DNA from: Myxococcota bacterium
GTDB lineage: Bacteria > Myxococcota_A > UBA9160 > SZUA-336
NCBI GenBank assembly: GCA_965247115.1
Contig: CBDFGR010000003.1
Span: forward strand, 384,001-448,000
Direction: 5' to 3'
DNA: 64,000 nucleotides
In this document: piece after piece, positions 1 through 10,264 of the stretch
How the letters are laid out: every line of letters begins with the position of its first letter
Position numbering within the stretch: position 1 is the first letter of the stretch
Position numbers and translations under genes: made by a program
The notes under the pieces: model-generated
Database searches by the model: none
Told to the model about the DNA's origin: nothing
What the model saw: the letters and a program-made list of their open reading frames with translations, nothing else

Positions 1-156
1 GTGGATGACGTGCGCCGGCAGATGGAGGCGGTGCAGGAGAAGATGAACCCCGAGTGGTTCATGATCATCTCGGACCAGGGTTTCTTGCCGCTGCACGAGG
101 TGAAGAAGCAGATGGAGATGTTCGGCACAAAAGTGATGCCGGAGTTCATGGGATAG
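1..156 (+). CDS. C-terminal fragment of a probable LLM-class flavin-dependent oxidoreductase (truncated by window edge)
   Basis: Frame 1 reads VDDVRRQMEAVQEKMNPEWFMIISDQGFLPLHEVKKQMEMFGTKVMPEFMG*, resembling LLM C-termini (F..EV.P.F). Confidence 0.6.
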   Translation: MDDVRRQMEAVQEKMNPEWFMIISDQGFLPLHEVKKQMEMFGTKVMPEFMG

Positions 157-196
157 AGCGAACAGGAACCTCGCATCGGCATCTGGAGGGATCGAC

Positions 197-1936
197 ATGT
201 CCAGCACCCCGAACGACGGCCACTACTCCGTGGTGTGGCCGCGCGGTCAGGCGACTGCAGGCATCACGCCGCTCGCAAAGCGACTGGACTCGCTCGAGGG
301 CAAGACCGTAGCCGAGCTCTGGGACTACGTGTTCCGTGGCGACGAGATCTTCCCGCTGCTACGCGACGCACTCCGCGAGCGCCACCCCGGCGTGCGCTTC
401 GTGGCCTACGAGGAGTTCGGCTCCACGCACGGCGAGCGAGAGCGCGAGCTTATCGAGGCCCTCCCGACTCGCCTACGCGAGCTCGGGGCGGACGCCGTCA
501 TCTCCGGAATGGGCTGCTGAGGTAGCTGCACGCCCGCCGTGATGCGGGCAAGCGCCGCGGCCGAGGCCGCCGGAGTGCCGAGCTCCTCGCTCGTCTGTGA
601 GGGGTTCCTCGGTCAGGCGGCCGCGACGTCGGTCGGGCTCGGCACGCCGAACCTCCCCGTCGCGCTCGTGCCAGGCCACGTCGACGGTCAGACCGAGGAG
701 GAGCTGCGCAGTAACGTGCTCGGGGTGACGCTCGACGCGGTCGTCGAGAACCTCACCGCCGACGTCGGCGCGGCGGTCGCAAGCGATGAGCCCGCGCCCG
801 AAGACATCGTTCTCGAGGGGTCGTTCGAGGAGGTGAATCGGCGCTTCTGCGACGAGCGCTGGAGCGACGGCTTGCCGGTCGTCCCTCCAACACCGGAGCG
901 TGTAAAAGCCTTCCTCGAGTTCACCAACCGGGAGCCCCACTCGTCCCTCGGCATCCTGCTCCCCGATAGCCGGCGCGCAACGGCCTGGAACGTTGCCGTG
1001 AACGGTGTCATGGCGGGCTGCCGACCCGAGTACATGCCGATTCTGGTCGCGCTCGCGGAGGCGATGGCCGATCCCGGCTACGGGGTGGAGCACAGCGGAA
1101 ACACGCCAGGCTCCGACACGCTGATCGTGCTGAACGGCCCCATCATCAAAGAGCTCGGGTTCAACTTCGAACAGGGCGCGCTGCGCGACGGCTTTCAGCC
1201 CAACACGTCGGTCGGGCGCTTCTGGCGCCTGTACCTGCGCAACGTCGCGGGGTTCCTGCCGCACGAGACCGACAAGGGCACCTACGGGAACACGTGGCGG
1301 GTCGTGCTGGCCGAGAACGAGGGCGCGCTCGCCCGGCTCGGCTGGCCTCCACTCAGCGCCGACCTCGGCTTCGCGGCCGGCGAGAACGCCGTGACCATCT
1401 CGCGCTTCACCGGAGGCGACGTGATCGTATCGGCGTTCGGCAGCTCGGCCGAGGAGATCCTGCCGTACCTTGCCGACGGCGTCCTGAAGCAGTATGGCTG
1501 GCAGGTCGTCTTCACCGTCGGCCTCGCGAACGGGACGCTGCGACCCTTGCTGGTGTTGAGCCCAGTCCTGGCCGAGACGATAGCCAGGTCCGGTTTCTCG
1601 AAGCGCGACGTGAAGCAGTACCTGTTCGACCACGCGCGCATGCCCGCCGAGAAGTTCGAGCGCTACATGGGCGCCTACACGAACCTCGTGCCGGGACGCC
1701 GCAAACTCCACGACCTGGCCCAAGCGGGAAAGGCCGCGCCGGTCTTTGGCGAGAGCGACGACCCCGCGCGCCTCGTGCCCATCGTCAGCGACCCCGACCA
1801 CTTCATGATCGCCGTGACCGGCGACCCGCTCCGCACCAACGCCTACGCGTTCTCGCACAACGGCCGACTCGGCTTTCCGACCGCGAAGCGCATCGACCTG
1901 CCCCGAGACTGGAACGCCAAGCTCGCGGCGGCCTGA
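197..1936 (+). CDS. UGSC-family selenoprotein, long fused form (~579 aa), Sec at UGA 518-520
   Basis: ORFs 197..520 and 539..1936 are in the same frame; readthrough gives DAVISGMGC-U-GSCTPAVMRAS; hairpin 11 nt after the UGA; C-terminal part has WSDGLPVVPPT and AVNGVMAGC motifs; GGAGG upstream of 197. Confidence 0.85.
532..549 (+). promoter_or_regulatory. Candidate bacterial SECIS element
   Basis: GCCCGC-CGTGAT-GCGGGC: 6-bp GC stem with a G-containing loop, starting after an 11-nt spacer 3' of the UGA. Confidence 0.7.
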
Positions 1937-2132
1937 GAACCCTTCCACGCGGGCGTCGTCGCGAATTCCTGTTCATCAACGCCACCTTGGAGCCATGAGC
2001 TCTAAGGTGGCTCACGCCATGCACAGGGATCCCACAATGCACCCCAGATGTGCTTCTATCTCGGGCGTGTTTGGCGTAGGATTTGGTGACTACTGCAACC
2101 AGAGCTTGGCTCAGACCCAAAGGAGGCCAGTT

Positions 2133-2606
2133 GTGAGTCCATCATCAGGGGCGGAATTCGAGAAGCTAGCCCCAGTCGGGGGACGGTACGTCCAGGTAGA
2201 CAGCATGGAGTGGGCGCCCTTTCCCGAGGCTCTCAGTAACGGTCCAATCAGGTGGAAGCTTCTGAACGTTTCTCCCGAGATGGGTGCTTGGACGGCAATC
2301 TTCGACTGTCCCGCCGGATCCTCGTTTGCACGGCACGTGCACATCGGGCCGGGTGAGTATTTCTTCATCAAGGGAAAAATGACAGTACGGGGCGGAGACG
2401 AGGAAGGTGGGTCGACAGCGGAAGGTCTCGGGTACGGTTACGAAGCATGCAACGCTCGCCACGACCAGACCTACTTCCTGGAAGACAGCCAGTTCTACAT
2501 GACCTTCCTGGGCCCATTGAACTTCATTGATGAAGATGGCAACACGCTCGCCCTGGTGACCTGGCAGGCAGCACAGGCAGCCTGGAACGCGTCGCAGTCT
2601 GGGTAG
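2133..2606 (+). CDS. Cupin, 2,4'-dihydroxyacetophenone dioxygenase (DAD/ChrR-like) family
   Basis: RHVHIGPGEYF ... GYGYEACNARHDQT ... MTFLGPL motifs; GTG start after AGGAGG at 2121. Confidence 0.7.
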   Translation: MSPSSGAEFEKLAPVGGRYVQVDSMEWAPFPEALSNGPIRWKLLNVSPEMGAWTAIFDCPAGSSFARHVHIGPGEYFFIKGKMTVRGGDEEGGSTAEGLGYGYEACNARHDQTYFLEDSQFYMTFLGPLNFIDEDGNTLALVTWQAAQAAWNASQSG

Positions 2607-2682
2607 CGCAGCTACGACCAGCACGGCGAAGCCGAGCGCCGACATCGGCAGGCGTGATGTTCTGAGGACGGGCGGAGCAGCC

Positions 2683-4164
2683 TTGCTTGCCCTGGCGGGC
2701 TTTCCCCATGCCCTGCTTGCGAAATCGGGCGCCCGATCCATGTCTCACGACGAGATCATCCGGATGGGTCTCGTGGATGGGGTGAGTGCACTCAGGTCGG
2801 GAAAGCTCTCTTGCGTGGACTATTGCTCGGCGGCTCTCCTGCAGGCAGACAAATTCGAAAGCTACAACATCTTCACTCAGATCTCTCCCGAGTACGTACA
2901 GGGCGCTGCCACCATCGTGGATACCAAGAGAAGAGAAGGCCAGGCCGTGGGCGCGCTCCAGGGTGTGCCCTATGCCCTGAAAGACAGCGTGGATATGGTC
3001 GAGTACTACACGATCTCCGGACATCCCTCGCTCTCGACCTTCGAGCCGTTGCTGGACGCCGATCTGGTCAAGATCTACAAGGAGGCTGACGCGATCTGCA
3101 TCGGCAAGACTCAGATTCCCGCGTTGTCTTTGTGGTGGACGACGGAGAACCCCATGACCGGTGATACGGGCAACCCGTTCAACCACGCCTACAAGACCGG
3201 CGGCAGCAGCGGCGGTTCCGGGGCAGCGGTCGCGGCACGCATCGTCCCCTTCGCAGTCGCAGAGGACACGGGTGGCTCGGTGCGGGTGCCAGCCGCCATG
3301 AACGGCGTGCAAGGACTGCGGCCAACGACGGGGCGCTGGCCGACGGCGGGCACGATGCCCCTTGCCTTCTCCGATACGCTCGGTCCGGTCGCTCGCTCCG
3401 TGGCCGACATCAAGCTTCTGGACAGCGTCTGCGCCGTGGATCGGCCGATGAACGGGCCCGGGAGACGGGATCTCAAAAAGCTGCGGATCGGCTATCAGAA
3501 GGCTGGCTTCCTCGCCGAGAACCACCCTTGGGTGCAGGAAAACACCGACCAGACCATGAGCACGCTGTCCCGGGCAGGTGCGAGCCTGGTGGAAATCAGT
3601 GGCTTACCGGCGGCAGAGATCTACGACGTCGTCCTCGCCATGCTGGCGGCCGACTTTCCAGCGTCGGTGGCGCACTACTTCAACCGTCACGGCATCTACG
3701 ACCGTTCGGGTTTCGAATTGATGCACGAGCTTCACATGGACGGTCTGAAGCAAGCCTGGCTGACCGATATGAACAACGCGGCCAGGGGGGAGGCCTATTT
3801 CGATCTCGTGATGCAAGTGGCGGAGGCCCGCAAGACCTATCAAAGGGTCATGAGCGAGAACGAGCTAGACCTCCTGATGTACCCGACCAGCAAGGTCCCC
3901 AATACGCCCAACGATGGCGGGGACGTGATGGAGAGCGTGGGCCCGCTGGGGGAGATGCTTCCCGAGCTATCGATTGGAGCAAATATGCTGTTCGCGCCCG
4001 CGATGAGAACGCCATCCATCTCGATGTACTCGGGCATGGACAAGGCCGGGCTGCCACTTTCCGTCACCTTCGACGGATACAGCGGTCAGGATCGCCGGCT
4101 GCTCGATATCGCGGAAGCCATCGAGACCGTGCTCCCACCCCTGGCAGAACCCAAGTCCCTGTGA
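2683..4164 (+). CDS. Amidase signature family protein (indoleacetamide hydrolase-like); start uncertain
   Basis: GVPYALKD, GGSSGGSGAAVA, EDTGGSVRVPAAMNG. Confidence 0.9.
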   Translation: MLALAGFPHALLAKSGARSMSHDEIIRMGLVDGVSALRSGKLSCVDYCSAALLQADKFESYNIFTQISPEYVQGAATIVDTKRREGQAVGALQGVPYALKDSVDMVEYYTISGHPSLSTFEPLLDADLVKIYKEADAICIGKTQIPALSLWWTTENPMTGDTGNPFNHAYKTGGSSGGSGAAVAARIVPFAVAEDTGGSVRVPAAMNGVQGLRPTTGRWPTAGTMPLAFSDTLGPVARSVADIKLLDSVCAVDRPMNGPGRRDLKKLRIGYQKAGFLAENHPWVQENTDQTMSTLSRAGASLVEISGLPAAEIYDVVLAMLAADFPASVAHYFNRHGIYDRSGFELMHELHMDGLKQAWLTDMNNAARGEAYFDLVMQVAEARKTYQRVMSENELDLLMYPTSKVPNTPNDGGDVMESVGPLGEMLPELSIGANMLFAPAMRTPSISMYSGMDKAGLPLSVTFDGYSGQDRRLLDIAEAIETVLPPLAEPKSL

Positions 4165-4166
4165 CG

Positions 4167-4197
4167 AGGCCTTCGCGCGCCTAGCGGGCCTTTTCTT
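4167..4197 (+). terminator. Probable intrinsic terminator
   Basis: AGGCC..CGC / GCG.GGCCT stem followed by TTTCTT just after the amidase stop. Confidence 0.45.
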
Positions 4198-4200
4198 CCG

Positions 4201-4230
4201 TTGACAGGACTTCGTCGGACGGCATAGCGT
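4201..4230 (+). promoter_or_regulatory. Possible sigma70 promoter
   Basis: TTGACA, 18-nt spacer, TAGCGT, upstream of AGGAG and the ATG at 4255. Confidence 0.4.
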
Positions 4231-4254
4231 GTCAGGATAACCAGGAGAACCCCC

Positions 4255-5154
4255 ATGCAAATCGAGAAAATCGAGTTTCCCAGCGGCCCAGGCCGCTGCG
4301 CCGGCGACCTCTACCTCCCGGACAACGGCGGAAGTGGACAACCGGCCATCGTGATCGGACACGGCTTCAGCTTCGTCAAAGAAGCGCTCGGCGAGGAGGG
4401 AAAGCGCTTCTCGGAGGCGGGGTTCGTCACCCTGGCCATCGACTACCGCAGCTTCGGCGAAAGTCCCGGCGAGCCCCGCGGACAGCTCTTCCCGCTGAAC
4501 CAGGTCGAGGACTATCGCAACGCGATCAGCTACCTCGAGACCCGGGACGAGGTCGATTCCGACCGCATCGGGATCTGGGGGACGAGCTTTGGTGGCGCGA
4601 CGGTGATCTACACCGGCGGCGTCGAGCTCCGCGCCAAAGCGGTGGTGGCCCAGGTCCCGGTGGTGAACGGCCGCCGCTGGATGCAGGCCCTTCGCGTCAG
4701 CGACACATGGATCGAGCTGCAGAACGCGTTGGTCGAGGATCGCCGCGAGCGGTTCCGGAGCGGCAAGGGCGCACGCGTACGCGCCGCCCGCCTCCCGTCC
4801 GACGGCGAGGTGTGCGCGATGCAGGTGGATAGCCAGATCATGGGGTTCCTCGAGGAAGCCCAGAAGAACCTCAAGACCTGGCGGCCGGACATCACGCTCG
4901 AGTCCGTCGAGAAGGTGATCGAATTCGTTCCCGAAAGCGTGATCCACCAGATCGCGCCTCGTCCGCTGCTGATCGTCGCGACGGCGGGGTACGACATGAT
5001 CCACCCGATGGACCAGCTGCTCGAGGCCTACCAGAAGGCCCAGGAACCCAAGCGCCTTGCGCTGCTTCCCTACGATCAAACCGGACTCTACTCGGATCCG
5101 GGGCTAGGCGAAGCGATGGGTGAAGCCATCGGGTGGTTCCAGAAGTACCTGTAG
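4255..5154 (+). CDS. Alpha/beta-fold hydrolase, copy A
   Basis: GHGFSFVKE, DYRSFGESPGEPR, nucleophile elbow GTSFGG. Confidence 0.9.
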   Translation: MQIEKIEFPSGPGRCAGDLYLPDNGGSGQPAIVIGHGFSFVKEALGEEGKRFSEAGFVTLAIDYRSFGESPGEPRGQLFPLNQVEDYRNAISYLETRDEVDSDRIGIWGTSFGGATVIYTGGVELRAKAVVAQVPVVNGRRWMQALRVSDTWIELQNALVEDRRERFRSGKGARVRAARLPSDGEVCAMQVDSQIMGFLEEAQKNLKTWRPDITLESVEKVIEFVPESVIHQIAPRPLLIVATAGYDMIHPMDQLLEAYQKAQEPKRLALLPYDQTGLYSDPGLGEAMGEAIGWFQKYL

Positions 5155-5261
5155 TCTTCGGCCTCTCGCCCCGCTGCATCGTCTGAACTTCGAAAGCCAG
5201 CGGGAAAACTGCGCTACGACGCCGGCCGACGCCTTGTCGGACCGGATTGGAGGAGGTCTGC

Positions 5262-6440
5262 ATGCCTATCACCGCCGACGAGCTGCTCACCAGCGACGGC
5301 CTGTATCCGCGCTTCAGCGACGCGGAGTTCAGCCGGCGCCACGCCGCTGCCCGCAAACAGATGGAGCAGCACGACGTCGATGCCATAATCACCTACGGCC
5401 ACACGTTCCTGCACAACGAGATCCAGTGGATGTGCAACTGGGAGACCTCCTGGGAGGGTGCCCTCGTCTTCCCTGGCGAAGGCGATCCCACGCTCTTCGT
5501 CCATTTCTACAACCACATTCCGCTGGCCCGCAGGCTCTCCATCTTCCCTGACATCCGCTGGTTCGGCGCCGACCTAGGGCAGGGGATCGCCGACGCTCTG
5601 GACGAGAAGCGGCAGCGGCCTCGGCGGATCGGGGTCGCGGGTCCCATTACGCACGAGCGCTGGTGCAACATCGACGCCGCCCTCCCCAATGTCGAGCTGG
5701 TCGACTTCACCGCCGAGATGGCGGATCTGCGCCTGATCAAGAGCGATGAGGAGATCGCCATCCTGCAACGCGCCGCAGAGTTGACCGACCGAACCGTGCA
5801 GGCGCTGGAGCGGGAGGTCCAGCCGGGCATGACCGAGCACAAGCTGACCGAGATCGTTCAGGCGTCCTATCTCGAGCACGGCGGGCGCAACCTCATTCAC
5901 TACATGGGATCCACGCCCATGCGCGACCCCCAGGTGCCCGTACCCGCGCAGTGGCAGTCGAACCGGGTCCTGCAGAAGGGCGACGTGCTGATCACGGAGA
6001 TCAGCACGCTTTATCACGGCTACTGGGCGCAGGTCCTCCGTCCGTTCACGATCGGGGAACCCCCAACCCCCGAGTACCAGCATATCTACGACGTGGCCGA
6101 GGAGATCTTCCGGCGCTGCTGCGCCACGATTCGGCCCGGTGCCACCGTCGAAGACGTGCTGGACCAGGTCCAGTACCTGCACGATCAGGGGTACACGATC
6201 CGGGACGAGATCGTGCACGGCTTCATGGGCACCTGGACTCCGATGGTCCGCACCCGGGATACCAATCCCAAGCCGCACCCGCCGTACACGTTCGTGGAGG
6301 GCCAGACGGTCGTGATACAGCCGGCCATCGTCACCGAAGACGACACTCGCGGCGTGCAGGTGGGCGAGGCGGTTCGTGTCACCGCGACGGGGGTCGAGTC
6401 ATTTCACCACTACCCGCTGCGCTTCACGCAAATCGGCTGA
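5262..6440 (+). CDS. M24 (Xaa-Pro peptidase/creatinase-like) family protein
   Basis: FSDAEFSRR N-domain, LRLIKSDEEI, HGF, RGVQVGE; GGAGG before ATG 5262. Confidence 0.8.
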   Translation: MPITADELLTSDGLYPRFSDAEFSRRHAAARKQMEQHDVDAIITYGHTFLHNEIQWMCNWETSWEGALVFPGEGDPTLFVHFYNHIPLARRLSIFPDIRWFGADLGQGIADALDEKRQRPRRIGVAGPITHERWCNIDAALPNVELVDFTAEMADLRLIKSDEEIAILQRAAELTDRTVQALEREVQPGMTEHKLTEIVQASYLEHGGRNLIHYMGSTPMRDPQVPVPAQWQSNRVLQKGDVLITEISTLYHGYWAQVLRPFTIGEPPTPEYQHIYDVAEEIFRRCCATIRPGATVEDVLDQVQYLHDQGYTIRDEIVHGFMGTWTPMVRTRDTNPKPHPPYTFVEGQTVVIQPAIVTEDDTRGVQVGEAVRVTATGVESFHHYPLRFTQIG

Positions 6441-6477
6441 GCCTGCGACCACGACGGCTCACCCGTCAGAGATCCGG

Positions 6478-7356
6478 GTGCTCTTCCGCCAGCGATTGAT
6501 TCTCGCCCTGTTGGATCGGGCGGGTCGTCCCGTGCTGTCCACGGTATTGGTGAAGCTGGCGTTTCTGTTGCGGAAGGAGACCTCGGTTGGCAGTGATCCT
6601 ACCTTCTACAGCTTCGTTCCGTACCGCCATGGTCCGTTCTCCTTTGCGCTTGATCGTGAGCTGACCTCGCTCGAGCGCGTTGGCTATGTGCAAGGCTTGG
6701 AGAAGAGCCTGTCCCTCAACCCGGATACGTCCCACTTCGCGCGCGATGAGATCGCCCGGCTCAGCACGGCTCAAGTGGAAGCTGCGGATGAAGTGGTCGC
6801 CAAGTACGGGCGCATGAAACCGACCACGCTGCTTCGGAACGTCTACGAGCGATACCCTTGGTACGCGCAAAACAGCGAGCTTGCGGATTTCGTACCCGAT
6901 GATGTGCCGCGGCCCCCGCTTCGCCGGCCAGCTGCCTACACTGTCGGATACGAGGGGAAGTCGGTGGACAGCTTCTTCAACGACCTGCTGGCCTCGGGGA
7001 TTGGCGCGATCCTCGACGTACGGGCGAATCCGGTTTCCCGCAAGTACGGGTTCGCCAAACGCTCGCTGAGGCAGATCGCGCTGAGCCTGGATCTCGCATA
7101 CCACCACCTCCCAGAACTGGGCATCACCGGCGACCACCGCGCGAAGTTGACTGACTTCGACTCCTACCAGCGGCTTCTCGACAAGTATGAGAAGCGGCTA
7201 CCCAAGCTCACAGCTCACACTCTCCAAGCCGCCGCACTGCTTCGATCCCGGCCTTCAGCACTCCTTTGCGTGGAGAGAGACGTGCGTTGCTGCCACCGCG
7301 GACGCCTGGCAGACCATCTCGCCGAGGAGACCGACCTCGCGGTCGTGCATCTCTAG
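6478..7356 (+). CDS. DUF488 family protein with an N-terminal SocA/Panacea-like domain
   Basis: YTVGYEG, DVRANPVSRKYGF, ELG, ALLCVE..CCHR; N-terminal LVKLAFLL..FVPYRHGPFS; GTG 6478 chosen to avoid overlap with the M24 gene. Confidence 0.75.
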   Translation: MLFRQRLILALLDRAGRPVLSTVLVKLAFLLRKETSVGSDPTFYSFVPYRHGPFSFALDRELTSLERVGYVQGLEKSLSLNPDTSHFARDEIARLSTAQVEAADEVVAKYGRMKPTTLLRNVYERYPWYAQNSELADFVPDDVPRPPLRRPAAYTVGYEGKSVDSFFNDLLASGIGAILDVRANPVSRKYGFAKRSLRQIALSLDLAYHHLPELGITGDHRAKLTDFDSYQRLLDKYEKRLPKLTAHTLQAAALLRSRPSALLCVERDVRCCHRGRLADHLAEETDLAVVHL

Positions 7357-7452
7357 CCGGAGCGCAAGAGCTGGACCAGTTCAGAGCTGGAAGCTGTACA
7401 ATCGACTCTGCCGTCAGGCGTCCCTCGCCTGCTGAACCGGAGGATACCCCCG

Positions 7453-9246
7453 ATGCAAGAGACAGTCGTAAATATGGATGCCGCCCTGAAGGGCATGATC
7501 TACGAGAAGAACGTGCGCATCGACACGCGCGATGGCTCCCATGTGATGGTCAACGTATTCCGGCCCGAGGGGGACGGTAAGTGCCCTGCGCTGCTGGCGG
7601 TGTCGCCGTATGGCAAGGATCTGCACACCAAGGACGGCTTCCCCGAGATCTGGGTCGAGATGCGGGAACACATGCCAAAGCTGGACGAGAAGTCCACGCT
7701 GAGCCTCCACACTTGGGAGAGCAACGATCCGGAGCTCTGGGTGCCGAACGGCTACGCGTGCGTGCGCCTGGACGTAACGGGAGCCGGCAAGTCTCCCGGT
7801 AAGCTCGACTGCTATTCCCCGACCGAAGCGCGGGCGACCTACGACGCCATCGAGTGGGCGGCGGCACAGCCCTGGTGCAACGGCAAGGTCGCACTGATGG
7901 GGATCTCGTACCTGGCCATCATCCAGTGGCGAGTGGCCTCGGAGCAGCCACCGCACCTGACCTGCATCTGTCCCTGGGAAGGCGAGTTCGACTACTACCG
8001 CGAGTGGGCACGCCACGGTGGGATCCTGAGCAACACGTTCTCCGAGCTCTGGTGGCCGACCCAGGTGCTGGCTCTGCAGAACGGGTACGCGGGGAGCCCG
8101 CACCGGGACCTCGACGACGGCGCTCCGATGGGCGGGCCGGTCTCGCTCTCGGATGCAGAGCTGGAGGCCAACCGCATCGACCTGACTCAGGAGTTCCGCG
8201 ATCGCGAGCTGGATGGCCCCTGGTATCGGGAGCGCAGCGGCGACTACGAAAAGATCGTGATCCCGCTTCTGTCTGCAGCGAACTGGGGTGGGTACGGCCT
8301 GCATGGGCGCGGAAACGTCGAGGGCTTCACGCAGAGCGCATCCAAGGAGAAATGGCTGCGGGTGCACGGCGGAAACCACCGCGACGCGTTCTACCTGCCC
8401 GATGGTGAGGGGCTGCAAAAGCAGTTCTTCGACCACTATTTGAAGGGCGAGGACAACGGTTGGGAGAAACGCGCCCCGGTCATGCTGAAGGTCCGCCGCA
8501 TCGACGACACCTTCTTCGAGCGCGACGAGCAGGAGTGGCCGCTGGCGCGGACGCAGTGGACCAAGTGGTACCTCGACGCGGAGTCCGGCAGCATGGGAGC
8601 CCAAGCACCGGCGCAGGAGGGCGTGGGATCGTACCCGGGGATGGGTACCGGCCTGCGCTTCCGCACCGAGCCGCTGGCTCAGGAGACCGAGATCACGGGC
8701 CCGCTGGCGGCCAAGCTGTTCATCTCGTCTGCCAGCGAGGACATGGACATCTTTGCGACCATCTGCGTTTTCGCACCCGATGGGACCGAGGCGACTTTCA
8801 TCGCCTCGGCGGAGCCGAAGGGACCCCTCGCCCAGGGCTGGCTGCGGGCGTCGCATCGCAAGCTGGACACCACGCGCAGCACCGAATGGCGCCCGTGGCA
8901 TACGCACGACACGCTCGAGAAGCTCACCCCGGGTGAGGTCTACGAGGTGGACGTGGAGATCTGGCCGACCTCGCTGGTGGTGCCCGCGGGCTACACGCTA
9001 GAGCTGCGGATCGAGGGCAAGGACTTCGCCCGCTCGGCCGAGGAGCGGGATCCGACCTACGCCCAGATGTCGGCGCGCATGAGCAGCTTTGCGGGCCGAG
9101 ATTGGCCCGAGATCTTCTGCGGCTCCGGCCTGTTCCTTCACAACGATCCCCAGGACCGGCCGCCCGAGGTATTCGGCGCGACTAACAGCGTCCACACGGG
9201 AGGCGCCCACAGCTCCTACTTGCTGGTGCCGGTGATCCCCGGCTAG
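7453..9246 (+). CDS. CocE/NonD (S15) family hydrolase, copy B
   Basis: SPYGK, WCNGKVALMGISY, GWLRASHRKLD, EIWPT. Confidence 0.92.
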   Translation: MQETVVNMDAALKGMIYEKNVRIDTRDGSHVMVNVFRPEGDGKCPALLAVSPYGKDLHTKDGFPEIWVEMREHMPKLDEKSTLSLHTWESNDPELWVPNGYACVRLDVTGAGKSPGKLDCYSPTEARATYDAIEWAAAQPWCNGKVALMGISYLAIIQWRVASEQPPHLTCICPWEGEFDYYREWARHGGILSNTFSELWWPTQVLALQNGYAGSPHRDLDDGAPMGGPVSLSDAELEANRIDLTQEFRDRELDGPWYRERSGDYEKIVIPLLSAANWGGYGLHGRGNVEGFTQSASKEKWLRVHGGNHRDAFYLPDGEGLQKQFFDHYLKGEDNGWEKRAPVMLKVRRIDDTFFERDEQEWPLARTQWTKWYLDAESGSMGAQAPAQEGVGSYPGMGTGLRFRTEPLAQETEITGPLAAKLFISSASEDMDIFATICVFAPDGTEATFIASAEPKGPLAQGWLRASHRKLDTTRSTEWRPWHTHDTLEKLTPGEVYEVDVEIWPTSLVVPAGYTLELRIEGKDFARSAEERDPTYAQMSARMSSFAGRDWPEIFCGSGLFLHNDPQDRPPEVFGATNSVHTGGAHSSYLLVPVIPG

Positions 9247-9272
9247 CGTGCAGGCTAACCAGGAGACCCCCC

Positions 9273-10172
9273 ATGCAAATCGAGAAAATCGAGTTTCCGA
9301 GCGGTGATGGTCGCTGCGCGGCCGACCTCTACCTCCCGGAGAACGGCGGAAGCGGACAGCCGGGCGTCGTGATCGGGCACGGCTTCAGCTACGTCAAAGA
9401 GGCGCTCGTCGAGCTGGGACCGCGCTTCGCCGATGCGGGGTTCGTCACCCTGGCCATCGACTATCGCAGCTTCGGCGAGAGTCCGGGTGAGCCCCGCGGA
9501 CAGCTCTTCCCGCTGAACCAGGTCGAGGACTTTCGCAACGCGATCAGCTACCTCGAAACCCGGGACGAGGTCGATCCCGATCGCATCGGGATCTGGGGTA
9601 CGAGCTTTGGTGGCGCGACGGTGATCTACACCGCCGGTGTCGAGCTCCGCGCGAAAGCGGTGGTGGCCCAGGTCCCGGTGGTGAACGGCCGCCTCTGGAT
9701 GAAGGCCCTTCGCGGCAGCGACCAATGGATCGAGCTACAGGACCGGCTGGTCGAGGACCGCCGCGAACGGTTCCGCACCGGCAAGGGCGCACGGGTGCGC
9801 GTTGCCGGCGCCGCGTCGGACGGCGAGTTTGCCACGATGCAGTTGGATCGTCAGCTAATGGCGTTCCTCGAGGAAGGCGAGAAGAACCTCAAGACCTGGC
9901 GGCCGGACATCACGCTCGAATCCGTCGAGAAAGTGATCGAGTTCAACCCCTCGAGCGTGATCCACCAGATCGCGCCGCGTCCGCTGCTGATAGTCACGAC
10001 GGCGGGCCACGACATGATCCACCCGATCGAACAGATACTCGAGGCCTACAACAAGGCCCGCGAGCCCAAGCGCCTCGCGCTGCTTCCCTACGATCAAACT
10101 GGACTCTACGAAGAGCCGGGTCGCTCCGAAGCGGTGGGCGAAGCCATCACGTGGTTCCAGAAGTATCTGTAG
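9273..10172 (+). CDS. Alpha/beta-fold hydrolase, copy A'
   Basis: Same length (299 aa) as 4255..5154; about 49 aa differences by hand count. Confidence 0.9.
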   Translation: MQIEKIEFPSGDGRCAADLYLPENGGSGQPGVVIGHGFSYVKEALVELGPRFADAGFVTLAIDYRSFGESPGEPRGQLFPLNQVEDFRNAISYLETRDEVDPDRIGIWGTSFGGATVIYTAGVELRAKAVVAQVPVVNGRLWMKALRGSDQWIELQDRLVEDRRERFRTGKGARVRVAGAASDGEFATMQLDRQLMAFLEEGEKNLKTWRPDITLESVEKVIEFNPSSVIHQIAPRPLLIVTTAGHDMIHPIEQILEAYNKAREPKRLALLPYDQTGLYEEPGRSEAVGEAITWFQKYL

Positions 10173-10264
10173 TCGTCGGTCCCCACCACGCATGCGGTCT
10201 TGGCCCCTCCTTTGTTTGGGGGGGACCCCGCGTCCCATAGTCTGCTGAAACGGAGGACACCCCC

